From positions 1 through 41,697 of the forward strand of contig VAYJ01000060.1 of the NCBI GenBank assembly GCA_005888465.1: 41,697 nucleotides of DNA, given 5' to 3'. A program made the position numbers and the translations under genes. The notes beneath the pieces are model-generated. The model did no database searches. It saw only the letters and a list, made by a program, of their open reading frames with translations, and had not been told where the DNA came from. This DNA comes from Actinomycetota bacterium. Its GTDB lineage: Bacteria > Actinomycetota > UBA4738. Below, one piece after another: positions 16,988 to 25,700 of the stretch (position 1 is the first letter of the stretch; the number at the start of each line of letters is the position of its first letter).

Positions 16988-18571
16988 ATGGGCAGACCCG
17001 GCTTCGTCCTGGAGGTCGACGAACGCACCCCGCCGCTCCTCGTCCACGCCGGCGAAGGGTTCGGCGTCCAGCGCTTCCCGCTCGGCACCAAGGTGATCTA
17101 CCCGCCCGACTCGCTGCCCGGCATCCGCGACGTGAATGCCGCCATCCAGGACGCGCTGCTGCATCCCATCGCCTCCGACCCGCTCCCGGAGCTGCTGCAC
17201 CCCGGGATGCGCCTGACGATCGCGTTCGACGACATCTCGCTGCCGCTCCCGCCCATGCAGACGCCCGACATCCGCGGGCGCGTGATCGAACACGTCCTGG
17301 AGCTCGCGGCCCGCGCCGGCGTCGACGACGTCCGGCTGATCGTGGCGAACTCGCTCCACCGGCGCATGACGCCCGCCGAGATCAAGCGGGCCGTCGGCGA
17401 GCGCGTCTTTCGGTCGTTCTATCCCGACGCGCTCACCAATCACGACGCCGAGGACTCCGCGAACCTCATCCACCTTGGCGTGACGGAGCAGGGCGAGGAC
17501 GTCGAGATCAACCGTCGGGCGGCCGAATCGGACCTCCTCGTCTACGCGAACATCAACCTCGTGGCGATGGACGGCGGCCACAAGTCGGTGCCGGTCGGCC
17601 TCGGCTCCTATCGGAGCCTCCGGCACCACCACAACGTGCACACGATGCTCAACTCGCGCTCGTACATGGACCCGCGCGAAGGGCACTCGGCCATCCACGA
17701 CTCGTGCACCCGCATGGGGCGGCTCCTGTCCGGGCACCTGCGGATCTTCACGATCGAGACCACGCTCAACAACGACACCTTCCCGTCGCCGTTCGAGTTC
17801 ATGAATAAGCGCGAGTGGGAGTGGTCGTTCAAGGACCAGGCGAGCTACCTCGCGGCGAAGCGGGCCAACGAGCGCGCGCCGGGGCGCATGCGGCGGGAGG
17901 TCTTCCGCCGCGTCGCGGCGCCGTACGGCGTGACCGGCGTTACGGCGGGCGACACCGAGACCGTGCACCAGCGCACGCTGGCGACCCTGCACCGGCAGCA
18001 GCTGACCGAGGTCAACGGGCAGTCGGACATCCTGGTCGTCGGGCTGCCCTACATCTGCCCGTACAACGTGAACTCGATCATGAACCCGATCCTGGTGCAG
18101 TGCCTGGGGCTCGGCTACCTGTTCAACATGTACGTGAACAAGCCGGTCGTGCGGCCGGGCGGCGTGATGATCCTGCACCATCCGGTGCCGTGGGAGTTCC
18201 ACCAGGTGCACCACCCGTCGTACATCGACTTCTTCGACGAGGTGCTCGCCGAGACGACCGACCCTGCCGCGATCGAGGCGAAGTACGAGGCGCAGTACGC
18301 GCAGGATCCCTGGTACGTGCACCTGTACCGCAACTCCTACGCGTACCACGGCGTGCATCCGTTCTACATGTGGTACTGGGGCGCGCACGCGATGGAGTAC
18401 CTGCGCGACGTGATCTTCGTGGGCGCCGATCGCAAGGCCGTCGGCCGGATGGGCTTTCGCACCGCCTCGACGTTCGCGGACGCCCTCGAGATGGCGAGCG
18501 AGACCGTCGGGCGGAGCCCCTCGGTCACGTACCTGCACACGCCGCCGCTCACGCTCGCGGAGGTGCGCTGA
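16988..18571 (+). CDS. LarA-family (DUF2088 / lactate-racemase-like) nickel-pincer-cofactor enzyme, 527 aa
   Basis: IVANSLHRRMTPAEI aligns with L. plantarum LarA VATGFHRPSTHEEL. MDGGHKSVPVGLGSY aligns with FSGGRKSVLPGIASY, and a His triplet lies at +14 to +16 from the Lys. ATG is preceded by GGAGAGGA. Confidence 0.85.
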   Translation: MGRPGFVLEVDERTPPLLVHAGEGFGVQRFPLGTKVIYPPDSLPGIRDVNAAIQDALLHPIASDPLPELLHPGMRLTIAFDDISLPLPPMQTPDIRGRVIEHVLELAARAGVDDVRLIVANSLHRRMTPAEIKRAVGERVFRSFYPDALTNHDAEDSANLIHLGVTEQGEDVEINRRAAESDLLVYANINLVAMDGGHKSVPVGLGSYRSLRHHHNVHTMLNSRSYMDPREGHSAIHDSCTRMGRLLSGHLRIFTIETTLNNDTFPSPFEFMNKREWEWSFKDQASYLAAKRANERAPGRMRREVFRRVAAPYGVTGVTAGDTETVHQRTLATLHRQQLTEVNGQSDILVVGLPYICPYNVNSIMNPILVQCLGLGYLFNMYVNKPVVRPGGVMILHHPVPWEFHQVHHPSYIDFFDEVLAETTDPAAIEAKYEAQYAQDPWYVHLYRNSYAYHGVHPFYMWYWGAHAMEYLRDVIFVGADRKAVGRMGFRTASTFADALEMASETVGRSPSVTYLHTPPLTLAEVR

Positions 18572-19488
18572 TGCGCGGGCGCTCGCTCGCGGACGACGTG
18601 CGCGAGGTCGCGCGCGGGTGGCGGTGGACCCGCCGGCCGCTCACGCCGCGTTCGGCCGAAGCGTGGGCTCCGCGCCCGGAGCCACGGGAGTTCCCGACCG
18701 ACTGGGCCCGGACGCGGGTCGCCAAGGCCACCCGCGAGGCGGTGCTCAGCTACGGGTTCCGCCCCGTGATCCACGTGGAGACCGAGATGGCGGTCGACGG
18801 CCTGGACCACCTCGACGGCGTGCGCACGCCCGTGATGTTCGTCGCGAACCACGCGAGCCACATGGACACCCCGCTCATCCTCTGCGCGCTCCCCAAGGCC
18901 TGGCGCGAGCGCACGGCCGTGGCCGCGGCGGCCGACTACTTCTTCGACGTCTGGTGGCGCGCCGCGTCGACCGCCCTCGCGTTCAACACGTTCCCCATCG
19001 AACGCACCGGGGGCGCCCGCGCCACGGACACCGCCAGGCGTCTGGTCGGCGAGGGGTGGAGCCTGGTCGTCTACCCGGAGGGGACGCGCTCGCGCGACGG
19101 GTGGGTGGGCCGCTTCCGGCACGGTGCCGCGCGCCTGGCGCTGGAGTTCGGCATCCCGGTGGTGCCGATCGCGCTGCGGGGGACCTTCGCGGCGATGCCT
19201 CGCGGCCGATCGTGGCCGGTGAAGGGCCGCCTGCCGGTCTCAGTTCGGTTCGGGCCGGCCCTGCAGGCGGAGCCCGGCGAGGACTTCCGGTCGTTCTCCC
19301 GGCGGATCCAGCAGGCGATGGGCCGGCTGTGGGACGAGGACGCGACCGACTGGTTCCGATCGCTCCGGCACCAGGCCGAGGGGACCACCCCGAGCCTGGC
19401 TGGTCCACCCGCCCCGCGATGGCGACGCATGTGGGAGTCGAGCCGCCCGCTGCCGCGTCGCGGCCCCGAGCGCGTCTGGCCGCGATGA
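18571..19488 (+). CDS. lysophospholipid (PlsC-type, HX4D) acyltransferase
   Basis: Has NHASHMD (HX4D), FPIER, YPEGTRS and VPIALRG motifs. Its ATG shares one nt with the upstream TGA (TGATG). Confidence 0.85.
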   Translation: MRGRSLADDVREVARGWRWTRRPLTPRSAEAWAPRPEPREFPTDWARTRVAKATREAVLSYGFRPVIHVETEMAVDGLDHLDGVRTPVMFVANHASHMDTPLILCALPKAWRERTAVAAAADYFFDVWWRAASTALAFNTFPIERTGGARATDTARRLVGEGWSLVVYPEGTRSRDGWVGRFRHGAARLALEFGIPVVPIALRGTFAAMPRGRSWPVKGRLPVSVRFGPALQAEPGEDFRSFSRRIQQAMGRLWDEDATDWFRSLRHQAEGTTPSLAGPPAPRWRRMWESSRPLPRRGPERVWPR

Positions 19489-20150
19489 CCGAGCCCGCCG
19501 CCCGCAGGACCCGTATGCCGGGCGAGGCGCGCCGGCGGCGGCTCCTCGAGGAGGCGATCCGGCTCTTCGGCAAGCGCGGGTTCGAGGGGACGAGCCTCGA
19601 GGCGGTCGCGACGTCGGCCGGCGTGCGCAAGCAGACCCTCCTGTACTACTTCCCGACGAAGGACGCGCTGCTCGAGGCGTGCGTCCAGGAGACCAGCCGA
19701 CGGGTCGCCGAGACGCTCACCGCCGCGCTCGAGGAGGAGACGTCCAGTTCGCACAAGGCCGAGGCCGTCATCCACACGCTGTTCCGGGTAGCCGAGGAGT
19801 GGCCGGACTTCCCGCAGTTCATCCGCGAGGCGAGCAGGCTGGGGCCCGAGGTGATCGAACGCTTCGCGGGGGTGCTCGAACCCCTCCGGCGCCGGGCGCT
19901 GCTGTTCCTGCAGCAGGGGATGTCGGAGGGCGCGATCCGCTCGCAGGACCCCGCCCTCCTGCTGTTCACGCTCTACACCGCGGTCGTTGGCTCCATCACC
20001 GAGGCCGGCGTGCTGCGCGCGGTGGTCGGCGAGGACCAGAGCCGGACGGCGCTTCACCGTCGCGAGCAGGAGCTGCTGCGGTTCGTTCGCAACGCGCTGG
20101 CACCTGGGGAGGGTGGAACGGCCGGGACCGGCGCGTCGACGGGCGCCTGA
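19485..20150 (+). CDS. TetR/AcrR-family transcriptional regulator
   Basis: The N-terminal HTH region reads RRRLLEEAIRLFGKRGFEGTSLEAVATSAGVRKQTLLYYFPTKDALL. ATGA overlap with the upstream gene. Confidence 0.9.
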   Translation: MTEPAARRTRMPGEARRRRLLEEAIRLFGKRGFEGTSLEAVATSAGVRKQTLLYYFPTKDALLEACVQETSRRVAETLTAALEEETSSSHKAEAVIHTLFRVAEEWPDFPQFIREASRLGPEVIERFAGVLEPLRRRALLFLQQGMSEGAIRSQDPALLLFTLYTAVVGSITEAGVLRAVVGEDQSRTALHRREQELLRFVRNALAPGEGGTAGTGASTGA

Positions 20151-20242
20151 GCTCATGTGTTGCCGTCGGCGTGGTCCGGGGGTCCGGCATACCGTCCCAA
20201 AAATCTTCAATGGGATATATTGCGACTTGTAGATCATTTTCG

Positions 20243-21607
20243 TCAGGGAGCTGCAGGAGAGCCGGTCACTGTCGCGAACAGACGGAGATACTCCTGCGCC
20301 GAGACCGCCCACGAAAAGTCCTTCGCCATCCCGGCCCGCTGCATCCGCCGCCACGTGACCTGGTCGCCGCGGTAGCGCTCGACCGCGCGCCGGATCGCAT
20401 CCGCCAGCCCTGCAGGCGCGTCGACGTCGAACTTGAACCCGGTGCGGCCCTCCTCGATCGTGTCGTCGAGCCCGCCCACCGCGCTCACCACGGGCAGCGT
20501 GCCGTACCGCATGGCGTACATCTGGTTCAGCCCACATGGCTCCCATCGCGACGGCATGAGCAGCATGTCCGAGCCGCCCTGGATGAGGTGCGCGAGAGAA
20601 TCGACGAAACCGATCCGCACGCCCACCCGGCCCGCATGGCGGGCAGCCAGCCGGGTGAGCCGGCGCTCCAGGGCCGGGTCGCCGTTGCCGAGGATCGCGA
20701 GCTGCACGCCCAGCTCCACGAGGTCCGGCGCGAGTTCGATCACGAGGTCCACGCCCTTCTGCCGGTCGAGGCGGGTCACCATGCCGAGCAGCGGCGCGTC
20801 GCGCCGGACCTCGAGGCCGAGCTCACGCTGCAGCGCGGCCTTCGCAAGCCGCTTTGGCGACAGACGCCTGGCCGTGTACGGCTGGGGGAGATTGGGATCC
20901 ACCTCGGGTGACCAGTCGGTGTAGTCCGCGCCGTTCAGGATGCCGTGCAGCTCGCCCGCCGCCGCTCGTTCGCGAAGCACCCCCTCGAGGCCGAACCCGA
21001 ACGCCGGAGCCTGGATCTCGCGTGCGTACCTCGGTGACACGGTCGTGACCGCGTCGGCGAAAACGAGGCCCGCCTTCATGTACGAGACGTTCCCGTGGAA
21101 CTCGAGCCCTCGGAACGTGAACGCGGAAGCCGGGAGCCCGACGCGCGTGAGTGTGGCCGGCGGGAACACGCCCTGATACGCGAGGTTGTGCACCGTGTAC
21201 ACGACGCTCGACCCGGGGAGCGCTCCCTCGGATCGCACTAGGAACGCCGCGAGGGCCGCCTGCCAGTCGTGCAGGTGCACGACGTCGGGGGCGAGACCCT
21301 GCGCGGCCGCAGCGTCGAGCGACGCGCGGGCGAAGTACGCGAAGCGGCGGTCGTTGTCGGGATAGTCGACACCGTCCTCGCCGTAGAGACCGGCGCGGTC
21401 GAAGTACCCCTCATGCTCGACGAAGTGGAACCGCCGGCCGGGGACCGAGGGCGTTCGTTCGGGCTGCACGCCCCGATACCGCGGCGTGCTCACCAGGACC
21501 TCGTGGCCAAGGACGGCGAACGCCCCGGAGAGCGCGCTCGCGACGTCGGCGAGCCCTCCGGTCTTCGAGAACGGGCGGCATTCCGAGGCGACGAACAGGA
21601 TCCTCAT
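20243..21607 (-). CDS. glgA: glycogen synthase (GT5, GlgA)
   Basis: Has MRILFVASECRPFSKTGGLADV (KTGGL), HDWQAAL, TVSPRYA, and SRWEPCGLNQMYAMRYGTLPV. ATG at 21605-21607. The track ORF is over-extended by 67 codons. Confidence 0.9.
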   Translation of the reverse strand: MRILFVASECRPFSKTGGLADVASALSGAFAVLGHEVLVSTPRYRGVQPERTPSVPGRRFHFVEHEGYFDRAGLYGEDGVDYPDNDRRFAYFARASLDAAAAQGLAPDVVHLHDWQAALAAFLVRSEGALPGSSVVYTVHNLAYQGVFPPATLTRVGLPASAFTFRGLEFHGNVSYMKAGLVFADAVTTVSPRYAREIQAPAFGFGLEGVLRERAAAGELHGILNGADYTDWSPEVDPNLPQPYTARRLSPKRLAKAALQRELGLEVRRDAPLLGMVTRLDRQKGVDLVIELAPDLVELGVQLAILGNGDPALERRLTRLAARHAGRVGVRIGFVDSLAHLIQGGSDMLLMPSRWEPCGLNQMYAMRYGTLPVVSAVGGLDDTIEEGRTGFKFDVDAPAGLADAIRRAVERYRGDQVTWRRMQRAGMAKDFSWAVSAQEYLRLFATVTGSPAAP

Positions 21608-21678
21608 GACGGCCCACGATAGCGGCCGGAATCTCGCAACGTATCCTTGCGCGGCTCGCAACCGCCGGAGGAGGAGCG

Positions 21679-23787
21679 ATGCAGCGCGGCGAACCTCGTG
21701 AGGACGAACGAGCGCTGGCGGCGCTCGCGCGGCTGCACGGGATCCAACGCTCCTACGTCGATACGCACGACCGCCGGATCCGAGCGAGCCGCGAGGCGAT
21801 CCTGGCAACGCTCGGGGCCCTCGGCGCCCCCGTGGCCGGCATTCGCGACGTGCCGGGCGCGATCCGCGAGCGTCACCGCTGGAGCTGGGAGCGTCCTCTC
21901 GAGCCCGTGATGGTCGCGTGGGACGGGCGGCTGGACGAGCTGACGCTCCGTGTTCCGCTGCGCGGAGTCGGGGGCACGGTCGCGTGTCGCATCGAGCTCG
22001 AGGGCGGCGGGCTGCCGTTCACCTGGCGCGGCCGCGGCGAGGAGATCGGCGGGGCCGAGCTCGATGGACGCCGGTTCGTGCAGCTTCGGCTCCGGGCGGA
22101 CCTCGGCCTGCCCCTCGGCTACCACGCGCTGACCGTGCGCGCGGGCACGACCGAGGCGGATGCGCTCGTGATCGCCGCGCCGAAGGCGGCGCCGGCGACC
22201 GGGCCTGGGCGCGCGTGGGGACTGTCGCTCCCGCTGCACGCGCTGCGGTCGCGGCGTTCGTTCGGCGTGGGAGACCTGACCGATCTCGCCCGCCTCACCG
22301 AGTGGGTGGCCGGCCTCGGCGGTCGCGCCGTCGGCCCGCTCCCGCTCCACGCGGCGCTAGGCGGGCCGCTCTTCGAGCCAAGCCCCTACTCCCCCGCGAG
22401 CCGGCTCTGCTGGAACGAGGCCTATCTCGATCTCGAACGCCTGCCCGAGCTCGCCGCGTCGGAGGAGGCGCGGCGCGTCCTCTCGTCGAACGCGACGCGC
22501 CTGGCCGCGCGGCGGCTGCTGCATGCGCCGCTCGTCGACCTTCGCGCCGCCGCGGAGTTGAAGCTTCGCGTCCTCGAAGCCGTCACTCGGGACTTCCTCG
22601 CGCAGCCTGGGGGCTCGCCGCGTCGACGAGCGCATCGAGCGTTCCTCCGCGCGAACCCCACGGTCGCCGACTACGCGGTGTTCCGCGCGGCCTGCGATCG
22701 ACGGGCGACGCCGTGGTGGGAATGGGACGAGCCCGAGCGGTCCGGCCGGCTTTCCCGGCGGCGGGACATAGGCGCGGACGTGCACGCGTACGCGCAGTGG
22801 GCGCTCGCCGAGCAGCTCGAGGACGTCGCGGCCGGCGCGCGCGCCAGCGGCGCGACGCTCTACCTCGACGTCCCCCTCGGCGTGAACGCCGCCGGCTACG
22901 ACGTCTGGCGCGAACCCGGGCTGTTCGCGTTGCGGGCGACGGTCGGCGCGCCGCCGGACGACTTCTTCGCGAAGGGCCAGGACTGGGGATTCCCGCCGAT
23001 GCGCTCCGACGCGGTCCGCGAGCGACGCTACCGGTACCCGATCGCCTGCCTTCGCACGGTCCTTCGCCACGCGAGCCTCGTGCGCCTGGATCACGTGATG
23101 GGTCTGCACCGCCTGTTCTGGGTCCCGAAGGGCTTCGCCGCCACCGACGGCGTCTACGTGCGTGGCCGGCCGGAGGAGGGCTACGCGATCCTCACCCTCG
23201 AGGCCGCGCGCTCCGGTGCGACGATCGTCGGCGAGGACCTCGGGACCGTCCCACGGTCGCTTCGGCCATCCATGGCCCGGCACGGGATCCGCCGGTCCTG
23301 GGTCCTGCCGCTCGAGCTCACCGGGAAAGGCCTCAAGCAACCGACGGCACGATCGGTCGCGAGCCTAAACACCCACGACCTCTTCCCGTTCGCCGGGTTC
23401 TGGCGCGGGATGGACCTGGACCTCTGGCGGGAGCGCGGATGGCTCGATGGCGCGGGCGAGCGGGCGGCGCGCGCGACACGTCGAACGAAGGAGCGAGCGC
23501 TCACGGCGCTCCTTCGACGGCAGGGCTGGCTCGGGCCCGGGGACCCGAGCGAGTCCGACGTCCTCGACGCGCTGCTCCGATTCCTCGCCGCGAGCGACGC
23601 CGGGCTGCTCATGGTCGGCCTCGACGACCTCCTCGGTGAGACCCGGCCGCAGAACGTGCCGGGCACGACCGGCGGCGCGAACTGGCGGCGGCCGGCTCGT
23701 GAGTCCTTCGAGCGCTTCCGCGCGCTCCCCGAGGTGACGAGTACGCTACGAGCGGTCGATGCGCTCCGCTCGACCCAACCCCGATGA
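21679..23787 (+). CDS. malQ: 4-alpha-glucanotransferase (GH77, long actinobacterial type)
   Basis: Has [24 protein letters not shown] and GEDLGTVP motifs. 702 aa. GGAGGAGGAG lies before the ATG. Confidence 0.9.
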   Translation: MQRGEPREDERALAALARLHGIQRSYVDTHDRRIRASREAILATLGALGAPVAGIRDVPGAIRERHRWSWERPLEPVMVAWDGRLDELTLRVPLRGVGGTVACRIELEGGGLPFTWRGRGEEIGGAELDGRRFVQLRLRADLGLPLGYHALTVRAGTTEADALVIAAPKAAPATGPGRAWGLSLPLHALRSRRSFGVGDLTDLARLTEWVAGLGGRAVGPLPLHAALGGPLFEPSPYSPASRLCWNEAYLDLERLPELAASEEARRVLSSNATRLAARRLLHAPLVDLRAAAELKLRVLEAVTRDFLAQPGGSPRRRAHRAFLRANPTVADYAVFRAACDRRATPWWEWDEPERSGRLSRRRDIGADVHAYAQWALAEQLEDVAAGARASGATLYLDVPLGVNAAGYDVWREPGLFALRATVGAPPDDFFAKGQDWGFPPMRSDAVRERRYRYPIACLRTVLRHASLVRLDHVMGLHRLFWVPKGFAATDGVYVRGRPEEGYAILTLEAARSGATIVGEDLGTVPRSLRPSMARHGIRRSWVLPLELTGKGLKQPTARSVASLNTHDLFPFAGFWRGMDLDLWRERGWLDGAGERAARATRRTKERALTALLRRQGWLGPGDPSESDVLDALLRFLAASDAGLLMVGLDDLLGETRPQNVPGTTGGANWRRPARESFERFRALPEVTSTLRAVDALRSTQPR

Positions 23788-25700
23788 CCACGACGCCACC
23801 GACGCACGCCGCCTCGCTCCTCCGGCCGGAGGACGTCTACCTGTTTAACGAGGGCACCCACGCGCGTCTCTACGAGCGGCTGGGGGCCCATCCGGCCGAG
23901 GTCGATGGCACGCCCGGCTTCACGTTCGCGGTCTGGGCGCCGAACGCCCGCTCCGTCGGCCTCATCGGCGACGTCAACGGATGGGATCCGAAGGCCTCGC
24001 CGCTTCGGGCGCGCGAGTCCTCCGGCATCTGGGAGGGCTTCGTGCCGGGGGTGAAGCCCGGCGATCGATACAAGTTCGCGATTGCCTCTCGACACCGTGG
24101 GTATCGCGTCGCGAAGGCGGACCCGCTCGCGTTCCGCTCCGAGCCACCGCCCGCCACGGCGAGCATCATCTGGGACCTCGCCTACGACTGGGGTGACACG
24201 GAGTGGATGAGCTCGCGCCGCTCGCGATCCTCGCTCGACGCGCCGATCGCCACCTACGAGGTGCACCTTGGCTCCTGGATGCGCACGCCCGGCGGCATCC
24301 CGCTCAGCTACCGCGACCTCGCGCCGAGGCTCGCCGAGCACGCGACCCGGATGGGGTTCACGCACGTCGAGCTGCTGCCGGTGATGGAGCACCCGTTCTA
24401 CGGCTCGTGGGGCTACCAGGTCACGGGCTTCTTCAGCCCCACCGCCCGCTACGGCACGCCGCAGGACCTCATGTACCTGATCGACGTGCTGCACCGGCAC
24501 GGAATCGGCGTGATCCTGGACTGGGTGCCCTCGCACTTCCCCGACGACGAGCACGGCCTCGGCTATTTCGACGGAACGCATCTGTACGAGCACGAGGACC
24601 CGCGCAGGGGCCGCCACCCCGACTGGCAGAGCTTGATCTTCAACTATGGGCGGAACGAGGTTCGGAGCTTCCTGCTCTCGAGCGCGATGTTCTGGCTCAC
24701 CGAGTACCATGCCGACGGCCTGCGGTTCGATGCGGTGGCATCGATGCTGTACCTCGACTACTCGCGCCGCGAGGGGGAGTGGATCCCGAACGAGCACGGC
24801 GGTCGCGAGAACCTCGAGGCCATCTCGTTCCTCCGCCAGCTGAACGAGACCGTGTACCGGCTCGAGCCCGACGTGCAGACGATCGCCGAGGAGTCGACGT
24901 CCTGGCCGCTCGTCTCCCGCCCGACCGACGTCGGCGGCCTGGGGTTCGGGCTCAAGTGGGACATGGGGTGGATGCACGACACGCTCCGCTACCTCTCGCG
25001 CGACCCGATCGACCGGAAGTCCCACCATGGCGACCTGACGTTTCGCCAGTTCTATGCCGGCGCGGAGAACTTCGTGCTGCCGCTCTCCCACGACGAGGTC
25101 GTGCACGGCAAGGGCTCGCTCCTCGAGAAGATGCCCGGCGATGAGTGGCAGCGCTTCGCGAACCTGCGGCTCCTGTTCGGCTACCAGTACGCGCTGGCCG
25201 GCAAGAAGCTCCTGTTCATGGGGAACGAGTTCGGCCAGCGACGCGAGTGGGCGCACGAGCGGAGCCTCGACTGGCACCTTTTGGAGCAGCCCGAGCACGC
25301 CGGGGTTCTGCGCTGGGTCCAGGATCTGAACCGGATCTACCGGGACGAGCCCGCGCTGCACGAGAAGGACGCGGACCCCGCCGGGTTCGAATGGATGGAG
25401 CCCGACGACGCTTCGATCAGCATCGTCGCGTTCATCCGGACCGGGCTGACGAGCGATGACATCATCCTGGTGGCCTGCAACTTCACGCCGGTCCCCCGCT
25501 CGAACTACCGTCTCGGCGTCCCTCGCGGCGGGCCCTGGCGGGAGATCCTGAACAGTGACGCGCATACCTACGGCGGGAGCGGGTGGGGGAACCTGGGCGG
25601 GCTCGAGACGGCACCGACCCTCTCGCACGGGCGCAAGCTGTCGGTGGCCCTGACGCTCCCTCCGCTCGCATGCGTGTTCCTGAAGAACGTGGCCGCATGA
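23784..25700 (+). CDS. glgB: 1,4-alpha-glucan branching enzyme (GH13)
   Basis: Has [27 protein letters not shown] and [10 protein letters not shown] motifs. ATGA overlap with malQ. Confidence 0.95.
   Translation: MTTTPPTHAASLLRPEDVYLFNEGTHARLYERLGAHPAEVDGTPGFTFAVWAPNARSVGLIGDVNGWDPKASPLRARESSGIWEGFVPGVKPGDRYKFAIASRHRGYRVAKADPLAFRSEPPPATASIIWDLAYDWGDTEWMSSRRSRSSLDAPIATYEVHLGSWMRTPGGIPLSYRDLAPRLAEHATRMGFTHVELLPVMEHPFYGSWGYQVTGFFSPTARYGTPQDLMYLIDVLHRHGIGVILDWVPSHFPDDEHGLGYFDGTHLYEHEDPRRGRHPDWQSLIFNYGRNEVRSFLLSSAMFWLTEYHADGLRFDAVASMLYLDYSRREGEWIPNEHGGRENLEAISFLRQLNETVYRLEPDVQTIAEESTSWPLVSRPTDVGGLGFGLKWDMGWMHDTLRYLSRDPIDRKSHHGDLTFRQFYAGAENFVLPLSHDEVVHGKGSLLEKMPGDEWQRFANLRLLFGYQYALAGKKLLFMGNEFGQRREWAHERSLDWHLLEQPEHAGVLRWVQDLNRIYRDEPALHEKDADPAGFEWMEPDDASISIVAFIRTGLTSDDIILVACNFTPVPRSNYRLGVPRGGPWREILNSDAHTYGGSGWGNLGGLETAPTLSHGRKLSVALTLPPLACVFLKNVAA

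Noticed and set aside
16943-18538. 531-aa minus-strand ORF, plus similar ORFs at 25568..27109 (-), 21918..23639 (+), 9708..10823 (+) and 88..1212 (+)
   Set aside because: All are antisense or off-frame shadows of genes with clear family motifs. Their composition is dominated by Arg, Pro, Gly and Asp/His runs.
20157-20375. 72-aa ORF starting in the AT-rich spacer
   Set aside because: It runs into the 3' end of glgA antisense. It has no ribosome-binding site and no conserved features.
20243-21607. A possible short in-frame deletion in the glgA N-domain, where the PRY...YFDR spacing is shorter than in E. coli GlgA
   Set aside because: This loop region is variable among GT5 glycogen synthases, and all catalytic motifs are present. 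The evidence is not strong enough to call a lesion.
21608-21678. Direct repeat CTCGCAAC (21633-21640 and 21655-21662) and a 5-bp inverted repeat CGCAA-N7-TTGCG in the glgA/malQ divergent spacer
   Set aside because: The repeats are too short and too weak to call an operator without conservation data. I note them only.
23181-25628. 815-aa ORF on the minus strand
   Set aside because: It lies antisense to glgB and the end of malQ, which carry unambiguous GH13/GH77 motifs. Its composition is shadow-like.
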